Positions 39,657 to 50,309 of a stretch of 64,000 bases of DNA are shown here, in pieces. A program made the translations under genes and the position numbers. Numbering within the stretch: the stretch's first letter is position 1; the number at the start of each line of letters is the position of its first letter. The stretch is from a virus. The notes under the pieces are model-generated. The model searched no databases. It was not told where the DNA came from and saw only the letters and a list, made by a program, of their open reading frames with translations. The DNA lies in the IMG/VR virus record IMGVR_UViG_3300044712_001218, positions 9,402 through 73,401 of that record; one strand, written 5' to 3'.

Positions 39657-41705
39657 TTATAAAGGTATATATTGATCACTTTCAGTTGCTAAAATATCAC
39701 CACTACTCTCTAAACCAAGAATTTCTACATACTCTCCTATTTGTAAAAGGGTAACTTCAGTTTGAGCTGTATGTATATCAAATATCATAGAGGCAATCAT
39801 ATATGTTTTACCCTTGTACGTAAAAACAGTACCTATGTCAAATTGTCCTAATATTCTACCAGTCACCTGCCACCGTAACATTGAATGTAATGCCATAATG
39901 TCTTGAGCAAGGGCTATTTCAAGTTTAACAGGGTCTACAACTGTTGATTTATCATAATATACCCATTTACAAGGAATATACAAAGCTCCACTTTTGTATA
40001 GCAGTAATCCCGGATAAGCAAGCTGCGGATTTAAGTAATACCTAAAGTAATGATCACGTGAAACTCCCGGTACATCATAATAATCCTGCCGCATGCAAGG
40101 TGCTGTATAAATATCAGAAGGATACTCTTTTGTATTGGTTTGTATAGTGTTTAAATCAATGGCATAATTATTATCTGATGTTTTACACTCATTCCAGGTA
40201 ACACTTAAACTATCTGTATTTATCTTTAGTATTGGTGAACGGGATATTCCCTGAGTAGCCCACCATGGAGGGCAAATCTGCAAATACATTTGCCCACTAA
40301 AGTTTGCCCCAAAAGTATTAATATCTACCACTTCGTCAAAACTAACCTCATTAGTGGTATCATTTTCAAGATATATAATACTTCCAAATCCTGTAGCAGC
40401 ATTAGTCACTTCTTCATACCAGCCAGTGGCTATTGTTTTATCATTTATATGTAATTCATCTGTATAAAAATATCTTTTACCACTAACAACATCATCTATA
40501 TAAAGTCGTATACGCATACGCCCACGAAACATTCCTGATATGTTCAATGTCATAAAGGCTTTACTAATATTAACACTATCAGGTTGTGTATTTAAAGCCC
40601 CCCAAGCATTTGAATAACCAAGATTATATATTATCCCCTGTGTAACCGGATAAAAAGCATTATTAATATTCCTAAATGAAAGTAGCATTACATAATTACT
40701 ATCCTCCGTAACAAGTGAATATGTTATTGGGCCGATTACTGTATTAGGCTTTTCAGGATAACGCACCATATTATTATTTAAAGCATAATTTGTCTTAATG
40801 GTTAGTTTAGTATATGGTCGTATAGTCTTTTTAGTTAATGTCATATCTACCGGAACATTCATCGGTGAACCAAATTGGGTTGTAATTGCCTTAAAAAGAT
40901 TTTCAGTAGTTATAAGTACAGTTCCTCCAAATGTTGAATCATACGTTCTGTATGAAATTTCCCCTGTAATTAATTGCTGAGTTCGATCCATATACCAATG
41001 TCCATTCTTCTGATACAACCGCCCACCTACACAAGGATTAAAAAGAATAAAAGAAAGGATTTCATACAAACTTTTATATTTCCCATTACCTAAATAAAAT
41101 GCCCATGTATCAAGATAATGTTCATATAATGGACTCAATACTTTTGCTGTGCCATAAGCATAAATATCAAAACTTTCATATATAGTTAAATCTAAACCAA
41201 TTTTATTAAATGCTTGCCTAAAGTATTTGTATAAAGCGTATGGTCCGGGACTGCTTATACCAGTAGCACCAGTTTCATCAAGGGTGAGTTCCATTGAATT
41301 TAAAAAAGTCAATCCACATACTGCTGTTACAGTAATTGGCTTAGGAGGAAGATTATAAAGAGTTTCATATTCACCCGCCTTTGTCCAACCCATCCAAAAG
41401 ATAGTTTCATTTTCACCTTCAGGCTTACGAGTTACTTCAACCATTGCTTTACGGTCGTACTCAAATAGCTCTAAGTATTTATCTTCGGTAAATTCCATTA
41501 AATCCATTTCCAAAAATGAAGCCTTAATAGGACTGTGGGTATCTTCATCGTTAGATTCATAATTAAGTCTGGCAGGTGATATACCAGCCCCTTTTATATA
41601 TTCTATAACACCAACATAATCCTCTAGCTTAAAACGGATATTCCATTCCGTATAAAACGGAGGAGCATCTTGCCATTGTACTATATATCTTGTTCCCCAG
41701 CTCAT
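39657..41705 (-). CDS. Putative distal tail / baseplate hub protein
   Basis: Follows tape measure; FW.GW....Y...I.VTA.CGL..L; LYQKNGHWY. Confidence 0.6.
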   Translation of the reverse strand: MSWGTRYIVQWQDAPPFYTEWNIRFKLEDYVGVIEYIKGAGISPARLNYESNDEDTHSPIKASFLEMDLMEFTEDKYLELFEYDRKAMVEVTRKPEGENETIFWMGWTKAGEYETLYNLPPKPITVTAVCGLTFLNSMELTLDETGATGISSPGPYALYKYFRQAFNKIGLDLTIYESFDIYAYGTAKVLSPLYEHYLDTWAFYLGNGKYKSLYEILSFILFNPCVGGRLYQKNGHWYMDRTQQLITGEISYRTYDSTFGGTVLITTENLFKAITTQFGSPMNVPVDMTLTKKTIRPYTKLTIKTNYALNNNMVRYPEKPNTVIGPITYSLVTEDSNYVMLLSFRNINNAFYPVTQGIIYNLGYSNAWGALNTQPDSVNISKAFMTLNISGMFRGRMRIRLYIDDVVSGKRYFYTDELHINDKTIATGWYEEVTNAATGFGSIIYLENDTTNEVSFDEVVDINTFGANFSGQMYLQICPPWWATQGISRSPILKINTDSLSVTWNECKTSDNNYAIDLNTIQTNTKEYPSDIYTAPCMRQDYYDVPGVSRDHYFRYYLNPQLAYPGLLLYKSGALYIPCKWVYYDKSTVVDPVKLEIALAQDIMALHSMLRWQVTGRILGQFDIGTVFTYKGKTYMIASMIFDIHTAQTEVTLLQIGEYVEILGLESSGDILATESDQYIPL

Positions 41706-44700
41706 AATACTTGTTTCATATATTCTTCAGTATTTTTTAAAACTATTCTGAGTTTTCTTCCATCTACTATTATATCATCTACTACTATATGTGATCCAGT
41801 ATCTCTTAATTTCTTTGGTGGAGTGACCGTTTCCCCTGATGTGAGTAAAGCAGGATAAGTATCATGGGGGTATCCCGGAGGAACTACTCCACCACCAGCC
41901 ATCTTAGCTGCTTGTTTAGCACTTGATTTAGCTCCTGCCATCATAGCAGTAATAGCAGCAATTCCCACGGCTGCAAGAATTAAACCTGGAAGTCCCTTTT
42001 TAGCCTCTTTAACAAGCATTTCACTATCCGCTAATATAATATTAGCAATAGCTTGTTCTAATAAAGCATTTATAATCTGCCCAGTTGCTTGTAAAACTGC
42101 TCCAGCCAATGCTTGAAAAGCGTTTGCCCCTTCTCCTATTGCAGTACCTAAAGCATTTATTATATCAATAGTTCCACTTACTATTCCCTGACTAATCAAC
42201 ATTTCTTTATTATGATTATACTGGGCTAATTGAGCTTGTTCTAATTCCTTCGATAATTTTTGTAATAATAATATCTTGTAAAGTAAATCAGTATTATCTT
42301 TTTGAATAGATGATCGTAATTCCTCAATTCTAGAAGTTAATATTGATACTTTAGCTCCAGCCAAATCATAGGAATTACCAAGTAAACCACCCATATAATC
42401 AGCTACCGTCATTTGATCAGCCAAATCCTTCATTATAGGACCAACCCCATTAACTTCCCGATTAAAGGTAGAGATCATTCCTCTTAAATACTCAATATCT
42501 TTCCCACTAACCACTCCAGCCTTAGCCATCTTCTCTAAAGCATTGGTAAAAGCATTCAAAGACTCTACATTAGTCTGGTCAGTAGACCATCCTAAACTAC
42601 CCATTGCTTTAATGAAGGCAAGTTCCCCTGCCAAATCATCCATGATCTTAGTAGTCCGTTTTGTAGATTCTCCTACCTGAGCCAATTTCTTTGCTACCTG
42701 CTCTTGTTCTGCTGCTGCCTCCCTACCATAAGTAACCAATTCTTTTAAGGTCTTTACATATAAGGAGGTATATTCTGCATTGGCATCATATTCTTTTCCG
42801 GCTTTCTTCATTAATGGAATCATGGCATTTATGACAGCCTCTTCCAATTTCATATTTGCCATAGCTTCAGCAATACCGGGATTCTTTACATGAACTTCCG
42901 GAAGCCTTTTTATTGCTGCTTCTACTTGAGTTTGATATTCCTTGAGTTGTTTTAAAGATTGTTGATTTCCCTGATATTGACTTTCTAATTCCTGAGCAAT
43001 CTGATTTCTCCTTACTTCTATTAAAGCAGCAGCAGCAACTTTTGCCTGTACTGTAGATGATTTATCATAATCCTGTTGTAGTTTCTTAAGTTGTTCATCT
43101 GCCCAAAGCCTCTTCTGTAATTCCCCTTTTAAGAATACAGTATAATCTTCTTCCTGTTCCTTTTGATTTTGAATCCTCCCAGCCAAAGTTTCCAATTGCC
43201 TACGATTCATAGTATTTACCATGATCATGGAGGTTCCAATATCTTTTACATCTGCTTTTAATTGGTTAAATATTTCTAATTGTTTATTCATCTCTGCCTG
43301 AGCAGTTGCTGCTTTCTGTGTTTCTCTCTGAGATTTAGCGTAAGCGATTGATATAGCCGCTAGTATTGCAATTACCCCCCATGCAATAGGACCCATTGCC
43401 GAAAGGCCAGATATCATAGCATTCCATCCCACAATAAAAGCCGGAATAACATACCTTATCATAAAACCTATACCAGCAGCTAATGGACCAAGAGCAGCAG
43501 TAATACCAGTTAATACCCCAATCACTGCTCTGGCTACCGGGGGTAATTCGGAAAACCAATCCGCCAGACCAGAAATAGCTTTGGTTAATACCTCTAATAT
43601 TGGAAGCAATAAATCCTTCATTGCTAATCCAACCTTGATAAGAGCAGCCTGCATAGTAGCCAATGACTGATTCCATTTGAACTGAATAGTATTAGCCACT
43701 GCCTCAAATGCTTTATTCATATCTCCGGTAGAAGCATATACTTGTCTAAATATTTCCAAATTATGTTCATAATTCTTTCCTAACAAAGACATAAATCCAG
43801 TCATTGCCCTAACATTGGGAATAACTTTACTTACCATATTCTCCCCATACTTAGCAGTTAAATCACTGATCTTTTTGAGAGCAGGAAGTAATCCTTGTTC
43901 ACTTATAACCTTTCTTAACTCTTCTCCTGATGTTCCCATTAAACGAAGAGAATCTTCCGCCTCTTTAGCAGGATCAAGCAGGGAGTTTAATATACCTCTC
44001 AAGTATACGGCTCCCTGCGATGCATTGGTTCCTGTCAATGACATACTTGCCATAGCAGCAGCAAGTTCATCAAATTGAACTCCCATTTCAGCAGCAACAG
44101 GAATGACCTGACCAATCTCCTGCGTAAAACTAGCAGCCTCCAATTTCCCTTCCCTTACAGCAGCAGTTAAAATATCCATTACCTTTGCTGCACTCAATCC
44201 GGTACCAGCATAAGCATTTAAAACAGATGTAGTAAAATCAGCAATCTTATTAACATCTCCTAATCCTGTAGCAGCAGCTTTAGCAGATTTCTCCAGAATA
44301 TCCATTGCCTCCGCTCCTTTAAATCCTGATGAGGTAATAAAATACATACCTTCCGCCAGAGCTTTAGGCATCTGCCCTAAACTGGGTCCTAACTTTAAAA
44401 TAGATTCACTCCATTGAGCAACCTGTTGTTTTGACTCTCCAACCAACCCTATAATCTTTGCCATGGAAAATTCAAAATCTTTTGCTGCTTTCATAGAAGC
44501 AATACCAAATATAGTAATAGGGGCAGTCAAATACATACTAGCATACCAACCAAAGTATTGCATAGACCGCCCAGCATTATTCCAATTCTTTGCCATACCA
44601 GTTGACACGGCATTTGCTGTTGCTGCTACTTTTTTGAGTTCTGTACTTGCAAATCCTAAAGCAGTAGTATCAGTCTCAAATCTTACAGTAAGGTGTCCTA

Positions 44701-44713
44701 TTACGTCTGCCAT
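41702..44713 (-). CDS. Tail tape measure protein (TP901-type)
   Basis: 1003 aa Ala-rich helical; LTAPI...A.DFE; C-terminal MA.GGVVP.G...D..PA.L..GE.V. Confidence 0.92.
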   Translation of the reverse strand: MADVIGHLTVRFETDTTALGFASTELKKVAATANAVSTGMAKNWNNAGRSMQYFGWYASMYLTAPITIFGIASMKAAKDFEFSMAKIIGLVGESKQQVAQWSESILKLGPSLGQMPKALAEGMYFITSSGFKGAEAMDILEKSAKAAATGLGDVNKIADFTTSVLNAYAGTGLSAAKVMDILTAAVREGKLEAASFTQEIGQVIPVAAEMGVQFDELAAAMASMSLTGTNASQGAVYLRGILNSLLDPAKEAEDSLRLMGTSGEELRKVISEQGLLPALKKISDLTAKYGENMVSKVIPNVRAMTGFMSLLGKNYEHNLEIFRQVYASTGDMNKAFEAVANTIQFKWNQSLATMQAALIKVGLAMKDLLLPILEVLTKAISGLADWFSELPPVARAVIGVLTGITAALGPLAAGIGFMIRYVIPAFIVGWNAMISGLSAMGPIAWGVIAILAAISIAYAKSQRETQKAATAQAEMNKQLEIFNQLKADVKDIGTSMIMVNTMNRRQLETLAGRIQNQKEQEEDYTVFLKGELQKRLWADEQLKKLQQDYDKSSTVQAKVAAAALIEVRRNQIAQELESQYQGNQQSLKQLKEYQTQVEAAIKRLPEVHVKNPGIAEAMANMKLEEAVINAMIPLMKKAGKEYDANAEYTSLYVKTLKELVTYGREAAAEQEQVAKKLAQVGESTKRTTKIMDDLAGELAFIKAMGSLGWSTDQTNVESLNAFTNALEKMAKAGVVSGKDIEYLRGMISTFNREVNGVGPIMKDLADQMTVADYMGGLLGNSYDLAGAKVSILTSRIEELRSSIQKDNTDLLYKILLLQKLSKELEQAQLAQYNHNKEMLISQGIVSGTIDIINALGTAIGEGANAFQALAGAVLQATGQIINALLEQAIANIILADSEMLVKEAKKGLPGLILAAVGIAAITAMMAGAKSSAKQAAKMAGGGVVPPGYPHDTYPALLTSGETVTPPKKLRDTGSHIVVDDIIVDGRKLRIVLKNTEEYMKQVL

Positions 44714-45482
44714 TATTTTTTGGTATTTGTGCTCTTGTTAAGATCCTTTCGACTTTTAATTTCCGGATTTTTTCTTCTTGCTATCTGCATTATTGCCTGT
44801 TTCATTTCTTCCACACTTTGTTTCTTTACTTCTTTTTCTTCTGCTCTTTCCCACTTTGGCATATAATCATTTGGCGTGGTCATCTTAGTCCCCTTCTTCC
44901 CGTATGCCCACCTAAATCCATTTTCATTCTCTGAACATATTTTTGCCATCCTAAAATCAGCCCTCCACTCTCCTATTGGATCAATCTGATCATAAGCTTC
45001 CCATTCCCCTAATTGAGCTGCCGTCAGATGATCCAGTAGGAAATCTGGATGAATTATTCCGATTTCTTTACAGAGTCGGAATTGGAATTGTCGGCTGGGA
45101 TGGCTTCTAAGTTTTTTACTATAGCCTCTTTATCCTCATCAGTGATTAAATTTAATTTCTGAGCAGCACGGATAATCTTTGATAATTTAGCAGCACTTAT
45201 ATTTTGACTCAATGTAGCAGCATCCTTTGGATCAAATATGAGATTTCCTTCCTCATCACATACTGTAGCACAAGCAAGCTTAGCCCGAAAGTCTTCCAAG
45301 GTTTGAGAATAAACAACTTCACCTTTTGGTCCTTTTGATTCCACTGTCATTGATTTTTCCCAGCGATCTTTAGCACGAGCAGTCATTTCCGTGACACATA
45401 CAAACTCATCGTTTCCAAGATCAACTTTTACAATTTGAAGTTTTTCCTTCTGTAATAATTCTTTTCTACCTAAAAATGCCAT
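44713..45482 (-). CDS. Tail assembly chaperone, long (gpGT-like) form made by -1 frameshift
   Basis: Slippery A AAA AAC at 45117-45111; -1 frame open to 44713 (LRSHPSRQFQFRLC...EWEAYDQIDPIGEWRAD). Confidence 0.8.
45054..45482 (-). CDS. Tail assembly chaperone (gpG-like)
   Basis: Between tail tube and tape measure; RAKL...VCDEEG..IF. Confidence 0.85.
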   Translation of the reverse strand: MAFLGRKELLQKEKLQIVKVDLGNDEFVCVTEMTARAKDRWEKSMTVESKGPKGEVVYSQTLEDFRAKLACATVCDEEGNLIFDPKDAATLSQNISAAKLSKIIRAAQKLNLITDEDKEAIVKNLEAIPADNSNSDSVKKSE

Positions 45483-45523
45483 GATTAGTTTCCTCCTTTA
45501 ATTAATTGTTTAAAATATAAAAA

Positions 45524-45538
45524 GTCCTTGATTAGAAC
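45524..45538 (-). terminator. Short hairpin plus U tract after tail tube gene
   Basis: GTTCT-AATCA-AGGAC-TTTTT on the minus strand. Confidence 0.45.
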
Positions 45539-45549
45539 CATGTTTAGTC

Positions 45550-45987
45550 CTAGATTCCTGAAGATGCTCCGGAATCAGTAGTAGGCATTCCACTGACTTT
45601 GATAGTAACATCCATAGTTACTTTGTCATCAGTAGGAATAGTCAACGGCATTTCCGTAACTAACCCGGCAAAGCTAATAGATGTATTTTCATTATCAGGA
45701 AGCACTATATTATAATGCTGTAAATCATCACTCTCAAAATCAGCCAGCATCAGATCCCATGTAATACGAGTCATGTTCATAGAAAGGGAAACATTTCCCC
45801 CATCCCTAAAACCCGTAATATATTCACGGTATCCTCCGGTAGAGTCAAGAGAAGTGACGTCAATAAAATCCTTGGTCATTCCGGGACCTGTAATGGAATT
45901 TACCTCTGCAATGTTTTCCCACTCGCTAGTAGTGGAATTCCATCTGCGGAATAAAGTCCCTACACCGGAAAAAGCATTACTTGGCAT
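45550..45987 (-). CDS. Major tail tube protein
   Basis: IAEV.SI.GP....D.IDVT.LDS..G.RE.I.G.RD.G. Confidence 0.88.
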   Translation of the reverse strand: MPSNAFSGVGTLFRRWNSTTSEWENIAEVNSITGPGMTKDFIDVTSLDSTGGYREYITGFRDGGNVSLSMNMTRITWDLMLADFESDDLQHYNIVLPDNENTSISFAGLVTEMPLTIPTDDKVTMDVTIKVSGMPTTDSGASSGI

Positions 45988-45992
45988 AGTTT

Positions 45993-46385
45993 TTACCTCC
46001 TTTGTACATTTAAGTTTAGAATAAATTGTGCTCTGTTTTTCTCATCCCATTCCAAAAAAGCAGGGCTTCCCGAACTGGCTATGAGAGAATATAATGTACC
46101 ATTCCATGTCTCTTGTGCCCGGCCATGTAATGAATCCATTATGTTTTTAATCAGGGTATATCCTGTATCATATTTTATACTCCTGACCATGATTTGTACT
46201 GTTGGGTATTCGTATGATTTGCTATCCATTGTTAAATGAGGGGGTCTTCCAGAATAATCCCAAATACAAACACAATCATTTGGTTTATCAGGTTGAAGGC
46301 CACGAAATAAGTTAGTTCCTGATACTAAGCCCAATGAGCTTTCAGCATCTAACATATCACATATATCTTTGGATGTACTATTCAT
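45993..46385 (-). CDS. Tail terminator / completion protein
   Basis: PD.P..CV.I.D..G; P.VQI.VR; D...R..F..N. Confidence 0.7.
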   Translation of the reverse strand: MNSTSKDICDMLDAESSLGLVSGTNLFRGLQPDKPNDCVCIWDYSGRPPHLTMDSKSYEYPTVQIMVRSIKYDTGYTLIKNIMDSLHGRAQETWNGTLYSLIASSGSPAFLEWDEKNRAQFILNLNVQRR

Positions 46386-46888
46386 TTGTTTTTTACATTA
46401 TTTTTGATAGTCTGCAAAATAAGATTGTGATTTCTAGATACTGCTTCTTGAAACCACTTTGCTCCAGCTCCTCTACGTTTCCAATTCGTTCTAGAAGATT
46501 TTTCATGTACCGCCTGAGCATAATTAGCAGTATAACCCATATATACTATTTGTTTCTTTGCTGCCCTAGCCTGTTCTTTATAAGTAGATACTATAGAATT
46601 ATGTTCTCCTTGCATAACTGCTGCTTTCCTTTTCTCTGATGAGGTCCTTCCTACAAACTTAGGAGATGATCCTTCCTCTACTTTATCAGCAGTCACAATA
46701 AATAAACTACTCCTTAAATTACCAGTATCAACAGGAGTAAGGGGAGGAGTCGATTCCATATCTCTCTTAATAATTTTGGCTGCTTTGATCAAGCCTTTTG
46801 TATTGGCTCCCTCAATTGCCTTAATCTCTTTATTGAGGTTTCTCATAATCCTCCTCAGCTCCTCTGGAGCAGTCATTCCCCTGTTCAT
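46382..46888 (-). CDS. HK97 gp10-like tail component
   Basis: PVDTGNLRSS; ANYA..VHE; AKWF. Confidence 0.8.
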   Translation of the reverse strand: MNRGMTAPEELRRIMRNLNKEIKAIEGANTKGLIKAAKIIKRDMESTPPLTPVDTGNLRSSLFIVTADKVEEGSSPKFVGRTSSEKRKAAVMQGEHNSIVSTYKEQARAAKKQIVYMGYTANYAQAVHEKSSRTNWKRRGAGAKWFQEAVSRNHNLILQTIKNNVKNK

Positions 46889-46896
46889 TTCCTTAA

Positions 46897-47340
46897 TTAT
46901 AAATATGCAATACGAACAAAAACACTGGTTGATCTAAACATTGGTATTTTATCGAATCTCTTTATCTCCCATGCTCCATTCACTTCATGAGGATCAGTAG
47001 AACCAGTCCCAGTATTATCCATTGTAATATCAGTATCATCCATAGTATATTCTGTATTATCCATAGTAATCACTTCATCTATACTAATACCTAATGTAGC
47101 TATTGTTCCTAAACAAATATATCCTCCTTCATCCACATCCTGAGTAACTAATAATCGGGCTTTACTTATTACATCCTTTCCTTCCCCATCACTTATAACT
47201 TCAGTATGTCCTTCCCATCTACAAAAGATTTCAACAGGAGAATCAAAGGTATAATTTCCCTGAGCATCAGGAACTGGATTGCCCCAATACACTGCGGGTT
47301 GTACGCAGACTCGATTTAAGAACCTTTCTAAACTACTCAT
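46897..47340 (-). CDS. Head closure / head-tail joining protein
   Basis: Q.AVYW....D..G...F..P.EI.CRWE; position. Confidence 0.65.
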   Translation of the reverse strand: MSSLERFLNRVCVQPAVYWGNPVPDAQGNYTFDSPVEIFCRWEGHTEVISDGEGKDVISKARLLVTQDVDEGGYICLGTIATLGISIDEVITMDNTEYTMDDTDITMDNTGTGSTDPHEVNGAWEIKRFDKIPMFRSTSVFVRIAYL

Positions 47341-47705
47341 TCGTCAAAGCTTTTAACTGCTGTTATCTTTGCTGCTCTTCCAGATAAAGTTGCCATCTTT
47401 CCAGTAGTATCCAATGTTAATACCATCTGCCCATAAGTAGTAGATTTTAATCCAGCATCATACTTTCCAGTATATTTTATCTTAGCTCCTCCGGCTTCCT
47501 CACTCTCTGCCTGCCTCTCCCGAGTAGAAACTATAAGATGAGCAGTTAACCACTTTTCAATCTCTGTTAGCAAATCAGTGGTTCCTGTTCCAAGAACATC
47601 ATTTACTAATACATTAGCCGTTACAATATAGGAATCAATATCAGTATCACTAAGAGCGGTACTATCCAGTATCTTTTTTACTTCAGTTGCTGTTGTCCTT
47701 GGCAT
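47337..47705 (-). CDS. Head-tail connector/adaptor
   Basis: IE.WLTAH; L.ST.YGQ....LD.TG. Confidence 0.7.
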   Translation of the reverse strand: MPRTTATEVKKILDSTALSDTDIDSYIVTANVLVNDVLGTGTTDLLTEIEKWLTAHLIVSTRERQAESEEAGGAKIKYTGKYDAGLKSTTYGQMVLTLDTTGKMATLSGRAAKITAVKSFDE

Positions 47706-48373
47706 TATATTGTCCTCCTACTTTTAGTTAACATTGGGTCTATCGTTTCAAATATTTTGCTATTCCATTTTAATCCTAACCACTCAAGCATTTCATAAAT
47801 CTGTTCATAATCCCCATGAACCATTCTCTCCGGCCATATTTGCTTACAATTTACTCCGGCCTCAATCATATCCCTAAACCGATGTTCATATTCATGTATC
47901 CACCATAACCATCCAGCTTCTTCTGAATCTACCTTTATTTTATTCCGATTTACTTCATCTTTAAAAGTATTCATATATCCGGTTTTCAAACAGGATTGAA
48001 TAATATCACCAGTTCTTCTTCTTACTATAATCCAACGGGCATTCGGATAAGCATAATTCCAGATTGGCCATGATTGGGTTAATTTAGCATCTTTATACAT
48101 CCATACCCCTTTTTCATACCTATCATATTTTACTAAACTTCTATGTATTCTCTCTTTCCAATTATTTGGTATATAAAGATTCTTAGTAGAAGGGATTAAT
48201 TCATTCATTGGATTAGCATCAAGATAATCCCATAACATTTCTTTAATATGTATATTTTCACACATATTATTAACCTCTCCGGTAAATACTCCACAAATAC
48301 TGAGTATTCTAGCTATCATAGAACTTCCACTACGTTCAATGCCTGTTATAAATATGGGAGATTTTTCTATCAT
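47705..48373 (-). CDS. Sulfotransferase-fold protein
   Basis: PIFITGIERSGSS PAPS-binding loop; W.YK; WIIVRR. Confidence 0.7.
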   Translation of the reverse strand: MIEKSPIFITGIERSGSSMIARILSICGVFTGEVNNMCENIHIKEMLWDYLDANPMNELIPSTKNLYIPNNWKERIHRSLVKYDRYEKGVWMYKDAKLTQSWPIWNYAYPNARWIIVRRRTGDIIQSCLKTGYMNTFKDEVNRNKIKVDSEEAGWLWWIHEYEHRFRDMIEAGVNCKQIWPERMVHGDYEQIYEMLEWLGLKWNSKIFETIDPMLTKSRRTI

Positions 48374-49662
48374 TTCATGTACCTTTTTCTGATCATATTC
48401 CTTTTCTCATTCTGAATCTTTACCTGAGTTGTCCTTACTTTTTGACTACCATGCCGACGATAAATAGCTAAAGGTCCGGTTGAACAATAACCAAGTTTCA
48501 TCCCATTAGCTAAACATTTAAGATTAAATTCATAATCTTCACTTGTGTTTAGATCAGGGTCAAATCCTCCCAATTTCTCAAAAACCTCCCGACGATAAAA
48601 CATAGAGGCACTATGCATTGTATTTTTAAAAAGTAGGTCTTTTAAGGTCGGGACAGCAATAGGAGGTCTCCAGAGTAATTGCCTGCCTGTATTTTGATGT
48701 AATTCGATTACATCACCATGAATAAAATCAACTCCTAACCCCTCAATAGCCTTAATTGATTCCTCTATGGAATTCTCTGTCAACATATCATCCTCATGAA
48801 GATACTTGATGTATTTTCCCCTGACCTTTGGTAAAGCCCTGTTAAAATCTTCTGACCAGCTATTATTACCCTGACTAAGTATAAGCTGAACATCACTTGG
48901 TATGCTATCAATAGCATCCTTCAACCATCCTCTATCTTCTTTGTATGATATAATAACTGTAGCTTTTGCCCTATTATCAGCTATATATTGATTGACATAA
49001 TTATTAATCCAGTCAATACTCATACTGGATTCGACTGCTTGAAATATCCTTGGTTTCCCATGAAAACAGATCAGGTTCATTCCTGGTTCGATGTTAGTCA
49101 CCACTTTTGCATTCTGTGGTTTAAAATCTACTATTCCATTATTTTGAATCGCCTGCCAAAATAAATCAGGTTTAACCACCTTTCTCAGGAAATAATCCAT
49201 CCTATTTCCAGTCACCCCTTCTTTATTAAAAGACTTCCATATCTTTTTTATCTTATCTGAATTGGCAGGGACCCATACCAAACCGGTGGCTAGTTGACCT
49301 TTCTGATAAAAATCTTCCAAGGTTATAAACATAGAAGGGTCCCTTACCAATTCAAATATATTCTCAATAGACTCAATAATAGCTGTATCCAAATCAACAT
49401 ATAAAAATGGTCTGTATTTCTCCATCTCCGGGGAATATAAAGCCATCCGTGACCAAGTCCCGGGCAATTCATTCTTAAGAGGAATTACCTGCAGATTACC
49501 AAGGTCATATTCCTGACTAGCTTTATCTGATAAACAAATAATACGTGGACGTTCTATTGCCTCCCATTTCATATTAATATGACGGGAAATCAATTCAACA
49601 TCCCTAAAAGCAAAATCACCTCCACTCCTAAGAACAACTACTATAGTCGGTTGGGTATTCAT
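48370..49662 (-). CDS. Two-domain glycosyltransferase (GT8-like + GT2)
   Basis: LYVDLDT...CFHGKPR; GKYIKYLHEDD, SEDYEF.L, YRRH. Confidence 0.8.
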   Translation of the reverse strand: MNTQPTIVVVLRSGGDFAFRDVELISRHINMKWEAIERPRIICLSDKASQEYDLGNLQVIPLKNELPGTWSRMALYSPEMEKYRPFLYVDLDTAIIESIENIFELVRDPSMFITLEDFYQKGQLATGLVWVPANSDKIKKIWKSFNKEGVTGNRMDYFLRKVVKPDLFWQAIQNNGIVDFKPQNAKVVTNIEPGMNLICFHGKPRIFQAVESSMSIDWINNYVNQYIADNRAKATVIISYKEDRGWLKDAIDSIPSDVQLILSQGNNSWSEDFNRALPKVRGKYIKYLHEDDMLTENSIEESIKAIEGLGVDFIHGDVIELHQNTGRQLLWRPPIAVPTLKDLLFKNTMHSASMFYRREVFEKLGGFDPDLNTSEDYEFNLKCLANGMKLGYCSTGPLAIYRRHGSQKVRTTQVKIQNEKRNMIRKRYMK

Positions 49663-50309
49663 AATATTTTATAATTTTTAACAGCCAATATATCTGTACT
49701 CTCTTTTGTAATGGTATATCCTAAATTCAATAACATATGTGCTACAAATCTCATTCCACTCACTCCATAATCTTTTCCTTTATTCCCATGCCTTTGAAAG
49801 CTATCCTCAGAAAAAGACCAATCTTCATATTTAATTATATCAATATTTACTTTCTTAAAATCAATAGACTTAATAATTTCAGCATCATACCCTTCCGTAT
49901 CTATCTGCAGATAATGAATATCTTTTATATTATTCATCTTACAAATATCAGTAAAAGTAATACTAGGAGCCTGTATTTCTACAAAATCATCTCCCCAATC
50001 ATCCATAGGAAGAAGACTAAAATGTTTATCAATATAATGCCCATTACTCACACATTTTCCATTTCCATTAAATCTATTCTTAGGATGTACCAGTTTTACC
50101 AAGCCTCTGGTCTTATCCATCACAGCAGCATTTATAATAGTACAAGAAATTCCTTTATAACTTTCCTTTATTTTATCATTTAAATCAGAATTAGGCTCCA
50201 CCAAAATCAATTGGGAGGGATGATAAGAGCGGACAAATTTATTGAATTCATCATCACCATCATTTGTACCAATCTGTACAAATACTTTATTTTGTTGTAA
50301 TTTAATCAT
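49659..50309 (-). CDS. FkbM family methyltransferase
   Basis: FVQIG.NDG; LVEP; LQIDTEGYD. Confidence 0.85.
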   Translation of the reverse strand: MIKLQQNKVFVQIGTNDGDDEFNKFVRSYHPSQLILVEPNSDLNDKIKESYKGISCTIINAAVMDKTRGLVKLVHPKNRFNGNGKCVSNGHYIDKHFSLLPMDDWGDDFVEIQAPSITFTDICKMNNIKDIHYLQIDTEGYDAEIIKSIDFKKVNIDIIKYEDWSFSEDSFQRHGNKGKDYGVSGMRFVAHMLLNLGYTITKESTDILAVKNYKIL

